Source: Trichomonas gallinae
Lineage: Eukaryota
DNA: 64,000 nt
Assembly: GCA_008369845.1 (NCBI GenBank)
Contig: MRSU01001922.1
Coordinates: forward strand, 1-64,000
Direction of reading: 5' to 3'
Position 1 is the first letter of the stretch. The number at the start of each line of letters is the position of its first letter. Below are positions 22,878 through 34,753 of the stretch, piece by piece. The notes below the pieces were generated by a model. That model did no database searches. It saw nothing but the letters and a program-made list of their open reading frames with translations, and was not told where the DNA came from. A program made the translations under genes and the position numbers.

Positions 22878-24011
22878 TTAATTCATCTTTGATTCTAAGC
22901 TTTCGAGCGGGAAGAAACCTCTCTTATTTGTTCTGAGATTACGACCAGAACATTTCTGGCCGATGACATAATCGACGTAAACAAGATCACCAGAGAGTAA
23001 TTGAATTTCACCACCAGATGTTCCGGTGAAGTCTTTGATGCAGAGGAAGACGGCGCCAATTGGATCATTCTTGGCAAGCTCTTCGCGACCGAGTGTAACG
23101 AATGTTCTTGGGAAGAGGCCGCGCTTTCCATTTAATTCGCCATCCCACCACCCTGAATTGTGCTGCTGAAGAACGCGAATCTTATCACCGCGAACGAAAG
23201 TAAGGTCGTTTGGATCTTCGGATGAGTAGTTTTCAATACCGTATGCAAATAATTCAGTTTCTTCGCCGAGGTTCTTTGAAGCTGGATCGAACGCCATGGA
23301 AACGTAACGGGAAGAGCGATCTGCGCCATCCATATTATTAACCTTTGAGAGGATGCCCATCGCGAGCTTCATATCTGCCTCGTCGATCATCTTATTCAAA
23401 TCCAAAAGTTTAGAAACGCTGTTCTGGATATGTACGAGGCGAGAAGAATCGAACTCGGAGAAGTCGGAGTGAAGGGAAGGCATGGCGGATGTATGAAGCA
23501 AAGTGATTGTCTTGTGAATTTCGTCTTGGCGTGTTTTGGCTTGGAGGGCATATTTCTGGATTTTCTGCTGTTGCGAGGCTTGTTTGTTTGGTGGGAGGGT
23601 TGGGAGTAAAGCTTTGGCTGTTTCGAGGTCATGGACTGCATTATCATAATCTTTCTGGACCTTCTGAACTGTTCCTTGCGCTCTCTTTACGGAGTTTTGA
23701 ATATTACGCTGTTTCTCTTTAGCTGTAGTAACGAAGCGGCTCTGCGGGACGATAATTCCGCCACGGATTTCTTGGGCAAACTTCTGGTGCATAACAGACT
23801 GCTTGTTGATCATATCAATAATCGTGACTAAGAACGGATCTGTGTTGTCGAATCTGTCTGGAAGGCAACTTTTATACAGCTCCGCGATCTTATCTTCGAT
23901 TTCAGCGCGCTTTGTGAAAATTCTAAGAAGGACGTTGAGGTTCTCAGTGCCGCTATCGACACGTTGACTAACTCGGTTGAAAATTGTATTTAACTCAGCT
24001 GTCGTTGACAT
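22878..24011 (-). CDS. F-BAR plus tandem SH3 protein (PSTPIP/Cdc15-like)
   Basis: FCH motif FTKRAEIEDKIAELY; coiled coil; SH3 DLTFVRGDKIRVLQQHNSGWWDGELNGKRGLFPRTFV and a second divergent SH3 ending RGFFP; first ATG at 24011. Confidence 0.88.
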   Translation of the reverse strand: MSTTAELNTIFNRVSQRVDSGTENLNVLLRIFTKRAEIEDKIAELYKSCLPDRFDNTDPFLVTIIDMINKQSVMHQKFAQEIRGGIIVPQSRFVTTAKEKQRNIQNSVKRAQGTVQKVQKDYDNAVHDLETAKALLPTLPPNKQASQQQKIQKYALQAKTRQDEIHKTITLLHTSAMPSLHSDFSEFDSSRLVHIQNSVSKLLDLNKMIDEADMKLAMGILSKVNNMDGADRSSRYVSMAFDPASKNLGEETELFAYGIENYSSEDPNDLTFVRGDKIRVLQQHNSGWWDGELNGKRGLFPRTFVTLGREELAKNDPIGAVFLCIKDFTGTSGGEIQLLSGDLVYVDYVIGQKCSGRNLRTNKRGFFPLESLESKMN

Positions 24012-24838
24012 TGGATGAGTATTACAGAAATTAGAAGACGATAAAAGTGTCACATCGGTTTTATTGAATTCACATTAGAAAAGTGACAAAGGAAAAACCA
24101 AAAACACGAATCCGTTATGTGTTCTTATCTTTTTATTCTATATTCTCTGTTTTTCGAAGTTTTGCTGAGACATTTCTTTATTTTCAAACCAAAAATTCGA
24201 TTTTTGGGACTTCTAATTTATATATTAGTTTATGTTACAATTTTTCGTGGCGAATTCGACGTCAAATAACATATCATTGCTGTCAAACAAAATAAATTCG
24301 GTGATATTTTTGGAATTAGAGTCTATTTCCTTGATAAAATGTTTCTAAAATATGTAGGCTATTTAAATATTGATTAATGGTCATTATTAATCATATTTGG
24401 AATTAAAGTTTAACCTTATTTCCCGAGAGAATCATCATGAGGCAAAAATATTATGGGATACAACTAAACTCAGCACATTGTTAAAATTAAATAATTCACC
24501 ATGCAAAAAAAGTAGAATAGTCAAATAGGAAGTAACAATAATGATAGGAAGAAAGATATTTTAAGATGTAAAAATAATATCATTAAACTCGTTTTATATT
24601 ATGTCTTAATGCTAAAATCGATGATATGATAATAAATCATTGGTCAAATATATAGGCAAAACATAATAGATATTTTTTAAAATAATAATTGCTTTTCAGT
24701 ATCTCAAACATATAAAATACAATTTCTCTTACAATAAACTCTCAATAGTATAAATTGCAGTCTTGAAAGCATTTGATACTGATATTTTATTTGACTTTAT
24801 TGAGAATTTCATTTATATTGAATATTAAATTGAACAAA

Positions 24839-26410
24839 ATGAGTTTTTTAGTTTAGTTATTACTAGAGTATAAAAGCGAATGACCAATAACTAATAATTT
24901 CTTATTTGACAATCATTCTTTACTTGTCAAAATTATTAAGGTTAATAATTACAATATCAAGAAAAAATGACATTTGACATCTAATATAACAAATGAATTC
25001 GAATATGAGGACGCTCCACAAAATACAAAACTGTCGTATGCAACACCAAAGGAAGTTATTGTATTTCCATCAAATATTGTATCTTTTGCTTCACAATCTT
25101 TAAGTGAATGCCAAAACAAACTCGTTAACTTCTCTTTTTCACCAAATTCCCGACTATTAAACTTCGGTTTAAACCAATTTAAAGACCTTACCAAGCTTTT
25201 TTCCGTTGATTTATCAAATTGTAAGTCTCTACAATCAATTTCAAAAAATTGCTTCGAAAGTTCAACACTAAAAATCATTATTTTGCCTGAAGATGGCTCA
25301 CTTACTACTTTAAGTTCAGGAAGTTTTGCAAAAACTCAAATCACAAAAATAAAAATACCAAAGACAGTCCTATACATCAATGGTTGGGAATGGGGATCTA
25401 TTTCATATTCTTCAGCTTTTAACTCTTGCAAATCTTTGGCAATATTTGAAATACCTAATGATAGCGAATTGAAGCATATTGGATATCAAATCTTTGGACT
25501 TTCTCGAGTAACTGAAGTTTTTATTCCAAAATATACAAAAGTATCAGCAGGAGGATTAAATAATGTTGAAACATTAAGAACAATAAATTTGCACGAAAAT
25601 AATACTCAACACAGACTTTATCAAGGCATTTTGTATACATATGATTATTCCTCATTGATTGCATGTCCAGGAAACTACTCTGATAAAATAGAAATTCATC
25701 CAAATTGTACTACATTAGAATTAGATTCATTTAGGTTGGTTACAACTTTCTTTGATTTAGTTATTCCATCAACAGTTAAAACACTTAAATCACAGCCATT
25801 TTATGGATATAGAAATCACGGAAAAATTATTTTTGAACCTGGAATTGAAGTTTTGGATTCTAATGATTGCTTTGTTTACATATCCAATGAAGTTGTTCTT
25901 CCATCTACATTAAAAAGACTTGGTCGTAATGTTTTTGAAAATTACCATGCAAAATCCATAGAGTTTTTCTCAGATATTGAATATATTGAAAGTGATGCCT
26001 TTTTTAATTGCAATAATTTAGAATATGTTAAATTTAACGAGTTTAAAAGCAGCAGCTGTATTATTAAATCAAATGCTTTCAAGAATTGTCCAAGATTAAA
26101 ATATATAATATTACCTCTAAGGACAGCACCTGCTTTCCATTTCGAGCCAAATGCTTTCATTGATTGCAAGAAACTTCAGCAAATCAAGTATAATTTAAAC
26201 ATGCAGGACTTTAATCATCACTTCAACAATGGAATATTTAACAATAAAACGCAAGTTTCTATCATTTCACCAATAAATTCATCATGCGGTGATGTTCATA
26301 TTTCATTTCCTCTCCCTAACACTTGCAAAATTATCCAATTTTGCACATCACTTGAAGCTCATTCACTATATAAATCAATTCTCACGATTGCACCTTTTGT
26401 ATCAATGTAA
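24839..26410 (+). pseudogene. BspA-like (TpLRR/LRR_5) surface protein, 5' end apparently disrupted
   Basis: Repeats such as LQSISKNCFESSTLKIIILP, LKHIGYQIF, VVLPSTLKRLGRNVF, IEYIESDAFFNCNNLEYV; hydrophobic C-tail. Open frame 24971-26410 has no early ATG; the in-frame ATG at 24839 is followed by TAG, TGA, TGA. Confidence 0.75.
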
Positions 26411-26837
26411 ATTATAACAAATTCATAACTTGAATTATATCCTAAAAAACTTGATAACTAATCGATTCAATAATGAAAGGAACCTCAGAGAATTTTATAT
26501 TAGAAAATGCTCATTTTTTTCTGGCTCGATCATTGCTATCAATAATGAAAATAAACAAAAAGAACATCAAAACATTAAACTTTAAATACCTATGATAAAT
26601 ATCTTAGTAAACTAAATATAATATCAATACACATATAATGATTATATGGAAGAAAGAAAGATTAAGGCTCAATCTTCGTTGGATAGTAAACTGCAAGTGA
26701 ATTAAATACTTTCATTGTTTTAATGCATTTTTGAAGTGTAATATTGATAAGAAGCAGGAAACAATTTAAAAATTTTGATTTGTCAAAAAGTGAAAATGGC
26801 CGACCATTTATACTCTCAATTTTTATTAATTCATTTA

Positions 26838-27656
26838 ATGACAGACAGGTGGCAGTGGGTTGATGCTTTTCGAGAGGCTAACATCGATACAGCAGTAATG
26901 ATGAATATGCCTGAAGAAGACTTCAACAAATGCTGCAGATTTTTGATTGATGCTGGAATTGCACCATTAAAATACCTGAATGCAACCGAAAAGAAAAATC
27001 CAGAGCAAGAAGAACTCGATAAAATTATTGAAGAGTCTAAAAAACTAAAATCGAAAAATCAAAAAGATTCTACTGATTATCGTTACAATCCATCGACATT
27101 TACGGAACAAAAATACAATATCAACTCTGTTGACACAGAACCAGAAGATAATAAAGATAAAAAGGAGTCAATACCAAAAACTTATGTTTGGAATGAAGAT
27201 GATGCAAATGAAGTCAGTTCAATGCTTTCTAAAACACAAGAATCTCAGTATAAAGAATTAGAAAAAGAGCAGCTCCAAAAGCAAAAAGAAATTAAAAAAG
27301 CAAGATTAGAAGAATTAAAGAAAAATTACTCAGATCAACTAGCACAATCGCATCTTAATCAAGTTAAGAAAGAAAACATTGAGAAAGCAGACAATTTGCC
27401 ACCAGAACCAGAAAATGGAACTCCAATGGCAATTTTGCTGCCTAACAACATGAGAATTACACGGAAATGCGATACTTCTCAAGATGCTTCTATAATTTAC
27501 ACTATTGTTGAAGGTCAAAACATTATGTATGAAAAAGATGATAAAATGAAGAGTTATAAGATTGTGTTTGGAATAAACCAAGAATTGAAACGCGATGAAG
27601 CATTGTGCGAACAAGGTATTAAAGGACGAACATTATTCAAGGTCCTTGAAGAATAA
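26838..27656 (+). CDS. UBX-domain protein (p97/Cdc48 adaptor-like)
   Basis: Inr TCATTT at 26831 just before ATG; UIM-like EQEELDKIIEES; coiled coil; LPPEPENG then a ubiquitin-like fold (ILLPNNMRITRKC...L.EQGIKGRTLFKV). Confidence 0.75.
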   Translation: MTDRWQWVDAFREANIDTAVMMNMPEEDFNKCCRFLIDAGIAPLKYLNATEKKNPEQEELDKIIEESKKLKSKNQKDSTDYRYNPSTFTEQKYNINSVDTEPEDNKDKKESIPKTYVWNEDDANEVSSMLSKTQESQYKELEKEQLQKQKEIKKARLEELKKNYSDQLAQSHLNQVKKENIEKADNLPPEPENGTPMAILLPNNMRITRKCDTSQDASIIYTIVEGQNIMYEKDDKMKSYKIVFGINQELKRDEALCEQGIKGRTLFKVLEE

Positions 27657-28076
27657 AAATTTGTTTTGTTTTGTTTGATAAAATCAATATTATCTTTAAA
27701 AATAATGATATTTGTAGTTTTATTCATAATATATAATTGTATTTCAATTGGAAATGTTGATTTTTCAATCAATATATTAAAAACTTTATGATATACAGCA
27801 GAAGACTTATTAATTGTAATATAGCTCCTAAGTTTAATCTAAATTAGATTAGTGTTGATGGCGTTCCTCTTGAGAAAAAAAAATTATATTAAATATTTCT
27901 TGAATAAACTATATCGATAAGGTTTCATGTTTGAAATAGCATGGTAGTGCTATATCCGATCGGATTCAATTATATCACGCATTAAAAAATATTTGAGTAA
28001 ATAATATATAAAATAAAGTAATGAAATGCGAGTGAATCGTCATTATATAGAAGAATTTGGATTTGTAGCTAGAAAT

Positions 28077-28331
28077 CTATTGCATTGATCTGATTTGTTG
28101 AATAAGAACAGGAATTGTGAATCTGTTTTCTATAGTTTCCAAGTACTCCGTGTTATCTATTGGTGCTAATGGAGGAAGTTGGAAATTTCGCCATTCATTA
28201 GCAAAATCATCTGCTTGAAGTGGATCAGTATTTTCTGGACTTTCTTGTGCAATTGGAGGACGGATAGGTGATGGAGGTTGTGCATGGATACTTGTATATC
28301 CACCAGACATTGGAGGTTGTATAAATGACAT
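28077..28331 (-). CDS. Small Pro-rich hypothetical protein (84 aa)
   Basis: ATG-started ORF with coding-like GC content against AT-rich flanks; TCAATTT just upstream. Confidence 0.55.
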   Translation of the reverse strand: MSFIQPPMSGGYTSIHAQPPSPIRPPIAQESPENTDPLQADDFANEWRNFQLPPLAPIDNTEYLETIENRFTIPVLIQQIRSMQ

Positions 28332-28373
28332 GGAATTATAAAAATTGACAAAAAATTTAAAAAGTCAAAAAAG

Positions 28374-28445
28374 TGTCTCCAGCCGGAATCGAACCGGCAC
28401 CTCGACCGTGTGAAAGTCGAATCCTAACCGCTAGAACATGGAGAC
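28374..28445 (-). tRNA. tRNA-Val(CAC)
   Basis: GTCTCCA/TGGAGAC-A acceptor; D-loop AGCGGTTA; anticodon stem CGACT/GGTCG with loop TT-CAC-AC; T-arm GCCGG-TTCGATT-CCGGC; downstream T6 terminator. Confidence 0.95.
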
Positions 28446-29498
28446 CTCTTATTATGTTGGAAAAATACTATTTTTGAACATATCATATAATTTTTCAATA
28501 TTTAATAAGGTTCTTTGGTCCCATATCTTTTATTACAGTCACCCAAATATTATTATCCATACTAATGCTTATGATCTAATGATTTTTACCAGATATCTGA
28601 TTTATATATATATTGATTCTAGGTCTTCTGATGCATATCAAACATTTAAATATTTCTTTTTATCAATAGTTTAAGATTCAAATGATGAAATATAAATCTG
28701 TATCCTTTCTTATATCTTAACTCATCATCCTTTTGCATTCGGATATGATTTGAACGATATTATGTCACAGGTCGTGATTTGTTAACTAAAACCATTATGC
28801 ATAAATATTACTTTAGACAAGCTATATTTATATATGTCTTTGATCTCTATTGTGAAGGTTTCAATCTCAATTTAGCAAAAATTTCTGTAAAATATCATCG
28901 TAAATGGATATAATAGAAAATATGTATTCGATATTTTGAATTGAAAATAAAATTCTAAAATGAGTTGATTAAAATGATGATAGCAATGTCTAGATGATGT
29001 GGGTAGAAATGTAAAAAAATTCTATTGAAAAGAAAATTCAGTTCATTTTGTAATAAACATCCATAGATACATGATATAATTATAGTTGCCCTGATTAGAA
29101 AATTGAAAACCAAACCCATCATCCTGAGAATTCAAAATTTGACCTTTTAATTATCATTTCTTCTTATTATAGAGTCGATTTATCACGTTTAATTTTGAAA
29201 GAAATAATTTCAAAACTTTCTCAAAAAAAAAAATTGTTTGTTTGGAAAAGTTCAAATCGGATTGAAATATTTGGACTTCTCTTCGATGTTCATCATTTTT
29301 AGACTGTTACTAATCTTTTTGCAAAACAACAACAACACTAAATTGAACACGTTAGGGAAAATCATCATAATTTATTTTTTAGAACTAATTTTGTTGTATT
29401 TAGATAGTTATTGCCAAAATTCTCTTACGATATATAAATTTTTCAGAATGTTATTCTTCACAATTTAAAATCCCTTCAAAAGTCTACTATATTCATTT

Positions 29499-30032
29499 AT
29501 GAGACGCGTTTTCGTGCCCAAGGTTAGATTCACAGCTGAAGAAGATAGGAGGCTTATGGAGATCGTCCAGAGGCTTGGAAATCAGAACTGGGACTTAGTT
29601 GCGAAAGAAATGCAAACAAGAACGGCAAGACAATGCCGTGAGAGATGGGTTAACTATATAAGCCCTAATTTATCTGATTCTCCATGGACTGAAGCTGAAG
29701 ATGAGATATTAGCTGATCTTTATAAAGAATATGGACCAAAATGGACAACAATTGCCGCATATTTTCCTAACAGATCTCCTAATATTGTAAGGAATAGGAT
29801 AAAACTAAAACTAAAAAGACTTGAGGGTCAAAATGACAATAAAAAATTAAAGAAATTAAAACGCAAAAATATTAAAGCAAAGGCTAAAACGAATGATAAT
29901 GTTGGTAAAATATCACAGCATTCTAAAGTACAAGATTTGAACGAAATACCTCATCCTGATTTCGATATTCAAGAAATTGATTTTGTTCAAATTCTCAGAG
30001 ATATTCCTGAAAATATAGACTTATTCATGTAA
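29499..30032 (+). CDS. R2R3 Myb DNA-binding protein
   Basis: FTAEEDRRLMEIV...NWDLVA...RTARQCRERWVNYISP...WTEAEDEIL...YGPKWTTIA..FPNRS; Inr TCATTT at 29493. Confidence 0.95.
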   Translation: MRRVFVPKVRFTAEEDRRLMEIVQRLGNQNWDLVAKEMQTRTARQCRERWVNYISPNLSDSPWTEAEDEILADLYKEYGPKWTTIAAYFPNRSPNIVRNRIKLKLKRLEGQNDNKKLKKLKRKNIKAKAKTNDNVGKISQHSKVQDLNEIPHPDFDIQEIDFVQILRDIPENIDLFM

Positions 30033-31384
30033 TAATAAACTAGCTTTCCTTTATATTAAGTTTTTTTTTTTTTTCGGTTATGATATTTTTAAACATCTTC
30101 TCAAAATGAAAAGATCACAGAGGATTTAGATAATAAAATAGTTTTATTGTATATTTGAATGACTAAAGACCATAGATTTGAATTCTGTGACATAAAAAAG
30201 CGCATTTGAAAATTGAAAAATAAAAATATTTGACAAATGTATATAACGTGTACTGTATTGAATTTGCATTCACTAGATCAGCACAAATATATTAGTCTAC
30301 TCTTTCATTTTGCTCGATTATTTCTTTGAGGTCGACCTCAAATTTTTCACAAGATCATTCAAAATGATATAATTAACCCATTTTCACTTTTTCATCCTCC
30401 AAAAGCAATGACAATAGTTGTAATACGAGCTGAGGCAATAAAAGACATTCACAAACTTTTGGACAATGAAAGAGAAACTATTGTTTTGAACTTTGGAAAT
30501 GAAGCAGAAATGAAATTTTTAAGATCATGAAATTGTTGCTTCTCAAATTTTCGCTACAAAGAGGGAAATTATTGTCTGTCTCAACAATAACCTTCTTTAA
30601 TCATTCTATTCATTCATATTTCTACTATAAGCATTCGAATGTTTTGCATGCCTTAAAAAAAGTTGTTTTGATCTTAAATATTTTTTTCTTTAACTTCAAC
30701 TATGAATAGAAAGTTTCAGCTCCCAAGATTCTAGAATGGTATCAAAGAATGTGTATAGAATAACATACATCATCAAATACAATATATATTTTAAAATTTC
30801 GATAAAATATTTTAGTCTAAATAAGCATTGTGTCAGATTATATGGAACATAGATGCTCCATCTACCACGTACATAAGCTTCATATTAGCATATTTGTAAA
30901 ATATTTTATGGAAATTATGGTTCCATGAAGAATACACCATAAAAATGCCTATATATTTATGCTCTATATTCCAATATCACACGAGTGCTGAAGTAACCCA
31001 AAACTATCAAAATAAAATTAATTCCTTTATGAAATGTATAGTGTCGTATAAATATTACAATAAGCATGCTGTAACTGCAGTAAACTGACTTAAATGACAG
31101 TATGGTATGGTAGTAAAAAATATTAGTGTTATTTTTTAAAAAAAATACTGCCATCATGGCAGTAATGGTAGCAATATGATCATTTTGGCAGTAATTAGGC
31201 ATGCTTAAGTATAAGCTTTGTGTGATGCGATGATCATCATAATGAATCAACATATTTATGACATGTAAATCGTTTTTTGTAAATAAAAATTGGCAAAAAT
31301 GGTTCAAAAAGAAAATAAAAGTAATAAATAAAAATACGGACTTAGAATAGCTATTTGACAAAGTAAAAGTCTCATAAAGTTTGA

Positions 31385-34300
31385 ATGGAGGATCTTGTCA
31401 AAGTATTGGTCCAGTGCCAGTCCGATGACAACGATCTTCGTGGCGAGGCTGAGCAAGTTAGAGACAACCTTCTCCATAATCAAACTTTTGAGTTCTTAAT
31501 GTTACTAATTGAGATAATTTGTAATGAAAATTACAAAAACATACAAAATTACTGCGTTGTCGTTTTATTTTCGATATTTAAAAGACAAATTACACTGCTT
31601 ACTCCTGAAATCGAAGCCGCATTCTTTGAATCTTATAATTCCAAATTATTATCTTTACTAAATTCTCCTACAATTCACACACTGGTCAAAGGGTGGATAG
31701 TAAGTATCTACTCTTACTTGTTATCCCTTAACCACAAATTTCAACTCCCTTCACATTTAAATATAAATGAATTAATCGCTGAATTATCAAAAAACATAGA
31801 CATGCACTATGTAATCACAATTGTATCTGAATCCATCGACAATTCAGACGATTTATGTCAGTTTACACACGAAACAATTTTATATCTTCTACAAAACTTC
31901 CATAACTACCCATTAGAGACAATAGATCTGTATTTTTCTGTTGTTAGCAAGGTACCTGACGTTCCACAGCTTTTAGAACTGTTTGAACAAATTTTAAAAT
32001 TAATAGAATCAACAGATGTACCTAAAGCTTTCAGAATCATCTGTAATTTCTGTGAAAAAGGTGCAGAGTTCATGAGCCAGATAATAATGCCACTTTCTAA
32101 GTTTATTAAAGAAAAAATTTTAGCAATGAACGATAATCAAGTAATGATTCAAGGTTTATACATTCTATCTACAATAGTGCAATATTCAACGGAAATTGTT
32201 CGTGTTAATCCAGAATTTATATCAGATTTAGTTGAAACATTCGTGAATGTCTTAGAAACCAATGAAAATGTTGATACTGATGATGGTAGTGCAAGTTGTG
32301 TGGCTAAGCACTTAATTCCTTCGATTTCACAAAAATTGTATTTTGATTTAACACCAAAGATCTCAGAAATAGCTGAAACAGTTATATATGGAGATGAGTG
32401 TTCGCAATGTTATGGTTTAATGCTGCTTATGACTGAATTAGATCAAATGTTTTTCCCAGAATCAAGTTGCGTCACAAAATTACCGTCAATGTTTGTTGAA
32501 ATATTGCAGACAGAAATGAATTACAAATACAGATATGTTTGCTTTAAACTTTTGGGCCAATTTTCAAGTATGTCGCATTATCCGAATATTCAAGTAATAA
32601 AACCTGCATTAATTGAATTATCTCTGTTAGAAGTTGAACAGCAAGATGATTTAGATTGCATCAGATATCTTGCAGCATCTGCAATCGACAAATTCATTAA
32701 AGCAGATTCATTACATAACAATAGAGACAATAGTTTAGTTCCAATGTATGATGAAATAAGAGATAGGTTTATACAGGTTCTGCAGACAAATTCATTTGAG
32801 TCTGAAAACGCTGTTGCACAAATAATCGAAACTCTTGGATTTATTTTTACGAAGAAAGCACAAGATACTGATGTGAATGAGGTTATGCAGCTCTTCCACG
32901 ACTTATACCAAAGTTTCAGCTCCAGTTATAAAGTTAGATGCATGATTACATCATGTGTCAGTCAGTATCTATGTACAATTTATGAAATCAACCAAGAATT
33001 GCATGAAATTATTTCTAATTTCGCCAAACAATACTACGATGAATGCAGAAACATTATATCTCAAGAAGATGTTCCTCCAGAATTAATTATTGACGTAAAT
33101 AACGCTTCATTGAGTTTGCTGCCACTTCTAGGTGAACATTCTAGAGAATACTTTAATGATTTAGTGTCTACTTGCGCAGAAATTCTTCAGCAAAAATTAG
33201 AATTTCAAGATATTCCGAAAAATGAATTTTACGACTTAACAGCTTTTTATGTTGTTGACAATGTTGCCGGAAATAACAGATTTTTGATCGAAAAGTCAAA
33301 AGTTGAGATTCTTGAAAATGCATTTTCAACTCTTTATAAATTAACAACATCATCAACGTTTTACACTAAAATAATGGAAGATAACCAGAGTTTATTCCAT
33401 GTTTTAGTTGAAACTCTCTGCAATTTCATAGAAAATCAATTTTTCGTTGAAAAACTCACAAGATTGTCATTTGGTTTACTGATTGGAATATTGGAGAATA
33501 TTATAGCATATTCACAAGGAGAAAATGAATTAATTAACTCAACATTTGCGAAAATTACAGAAATTACGAGATTGATGCTAAACATGTCATGGACGAATTC
33601 AGAATTCGACCAATTATTGAACAATATCTTGTTGTTGATGAAATTTGTTTCAAATCAAATTGTTACAATAGAAGGATTCAAAGAGCTGATGTTTGCTTAT
33701 GGAGAAAAGGCAACAAACATTATTCTCAAGAATGCAGAGACTTTTTATCAAAATTGCACAGATCAAAATAATTGTATCCAATTTTTCGAAGAAGTTGACA
33801 TGTTTATGGACCATTCTATCCATATATTTAACTATTTAGCTAAGAAAGCGCCAGATTTTACCATCGAATCATTCAAAGAAAGAATTTGGCCTCAAATTTT
33901 GCAATTGATTCAATTACAAAGGATGAATCAATATTCTATCGTTTATTTAATCAATTTCATGTCTTGGGATTCATCTTCTGCAATTTATAATGAACTTCAT
34001 CAAATTTTATTTAATATGTTGAGTTACAGACCAACTGATCCATATAATGTTACTAGTGTAGATCCTGAAAGATTCTCACCACAAACATTGGTCTTAAAAC
34101 GCATGTTTGAAAATGCATTTTTCCATTTATTCAGAATGATCAAAAGAGTCAACGTACCGAACGAATTAGGCTGGGAACTCCAAGAAGTCTTAAAATCTCT
34201 CCTCAAGGACGAGTCATTGATATTCATTGGACAGCAAGAATTAACTTTATGTTTATATCTTATCTATACTAAGTATATAACAAGTATAACACCGGAAATG

Positions 34301-34753
34301 ATGTTCCCTGACCTGTATTTGTTCATTTCCACTGAAATACAGCCGCTAACAAGCATAGATTCGAAGCATTCTTGGGCAATTTCTGATTTTTACACGCATT
34401 TCATATTAAAATTCTATCCACAGTTAATAGAAATCCTGCATGCAGATATTCAATCGCAAAAAGCGACAAATGTCTTTGAAGATATCTTGATTAATATAAC
34501 ATTCGATGATAATTTGGAGAATGAATACGAAAGCTTGTCAAAAAACTTGGTGAGAGTGTTGAGGCAGTTTAATGATTTACTTAGGAATCCTCAATTCACT
34601 GAAATTGTCAACAGATTTTTAGAACGCGCAACAAATGAGCTAAAAATGGGAATTCCAAATCCTATAATTGATGAAAGATGCTGTAGAAAACTGAACTGGC
34701 TTGTTAAACACATTGAAAGAATCAGAAGTGAACAACAAATCCATACAATGTAA
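31385..34753 (+). CDS. Large HEAT/ARM-repeat protein, divergent importin-beta/karyopherin-like
   Basis: N-terminus resembles IBN_N (LVQCQSDDNDLRGEAEQ...); all-helical, acidic, about 1100 aa. Confidence 0.6.
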   Translation: MEDLVKVLVQCQSDDNDLRGEAEQVRDNLLHNQTFEFLMLLIEIICNENYKNIQNYCVVVLFSIFKRQITLLTPEIEAAFFESYNSKLLSLLNSPTIHTLVKGWIVSIYSYLLSLNHKFQLPSHLNINELIAELSKNIDMHYVITIVSESIDNSDDLCQFTHETILYLLQNFHNYPLETIDLYFSVVSKVPDVPQLLELFEQILKLIESTDVPKAFRIICNFCEKGAEFMSQIIMPLSKFIKEKILAMNDNQVMIQGLYILSTIVQYSTEIVRVNPEFISDLVETFVNVLETNENVDTDDGSASCVAKHLIPSISQKLYFDLTPKISEIAETVIYGDECSQCYGLMLLMTELDQMFFPESSCVTKLPSMFVEILQTEMNYKYRYVCFKLLGQFSSMSHYPNIQVIKPALIELSLLEVEQQDDLDCIRYLAASAIDKFIKADSLHNNRDNSLVPMYDEIRDRFIQVLQTNSFESENAVAQIIETLGFIFTKKAQDTDVNEVMQLFHDLYQSFSSSYKVRCMITSCVSQYLCTIYEINQELHEIISNFAKQYYDECRNIISQEDVPPELIIDVNNASLSLLPLLGEHSREYFNDLVSTCAEILQQKLEFQDIPKNEFYDLTAFYVVDNVAGNNRFLIEKSKVEILENAFSTLYKLTTSSTFYTKIMEDNQSLFHVLVETLCNFIENQFFVEKLTRLSFGLLIGILENIIAYSQGENELINSTFAKITEITRLMLNMSWTNSEFDQLLNNILLLMKFVSNQIVTIEGFKELMFAYGEKATNIILKNAETFYQNCTDQNNCIQFFEEVDMFMDHSIHIFNYLAKKAPDFTIESFKERIWPQILQLIQLQRMNQYSIVYLINFMSWDSSSAIYNELHQILFNMLSYRPTDPYNVTSVDPERFSPQTLVLKRMFENAFFHLFRMIKRVNVPNELGWELQEVLKSLLKDESLIFIGQQELTLCLYLIYTKYITSITPEMMFPDLYLFISTEIQPLTSIDSKHSWAISDFYTHFILKFYPQLIEILHADIQSQKATNVFEDILINITFDDNLENEYESLSKNLVRVLRQFNDLLRNPQFTEIVNRFLERATNELKMGIPNPIIDERCCRKLNWLVKHIERIRSEQQIHTM

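Noticed and set aside
28374..28445. Reading the tRNA as a TCA (Sec/opal suppressor) tRNA, because the loop region contains TTTCACA
   Set aside because: A canonical 5-bp stem and 7-nt loop place CAC at 34-36; the short variable arm and Val-type acceptor do not fit tRNA-Sec
30957..31361. 134-aa minus-strand ORF and similar F/I/L/Y-rich intergenic ORFs (e.g. 3514-3699, 13508-13750, 29238-29468)
   Set aside because: Composition typical of AT-rich non-coding DNA, often with non-ATG starts, overlapping promoter motifs
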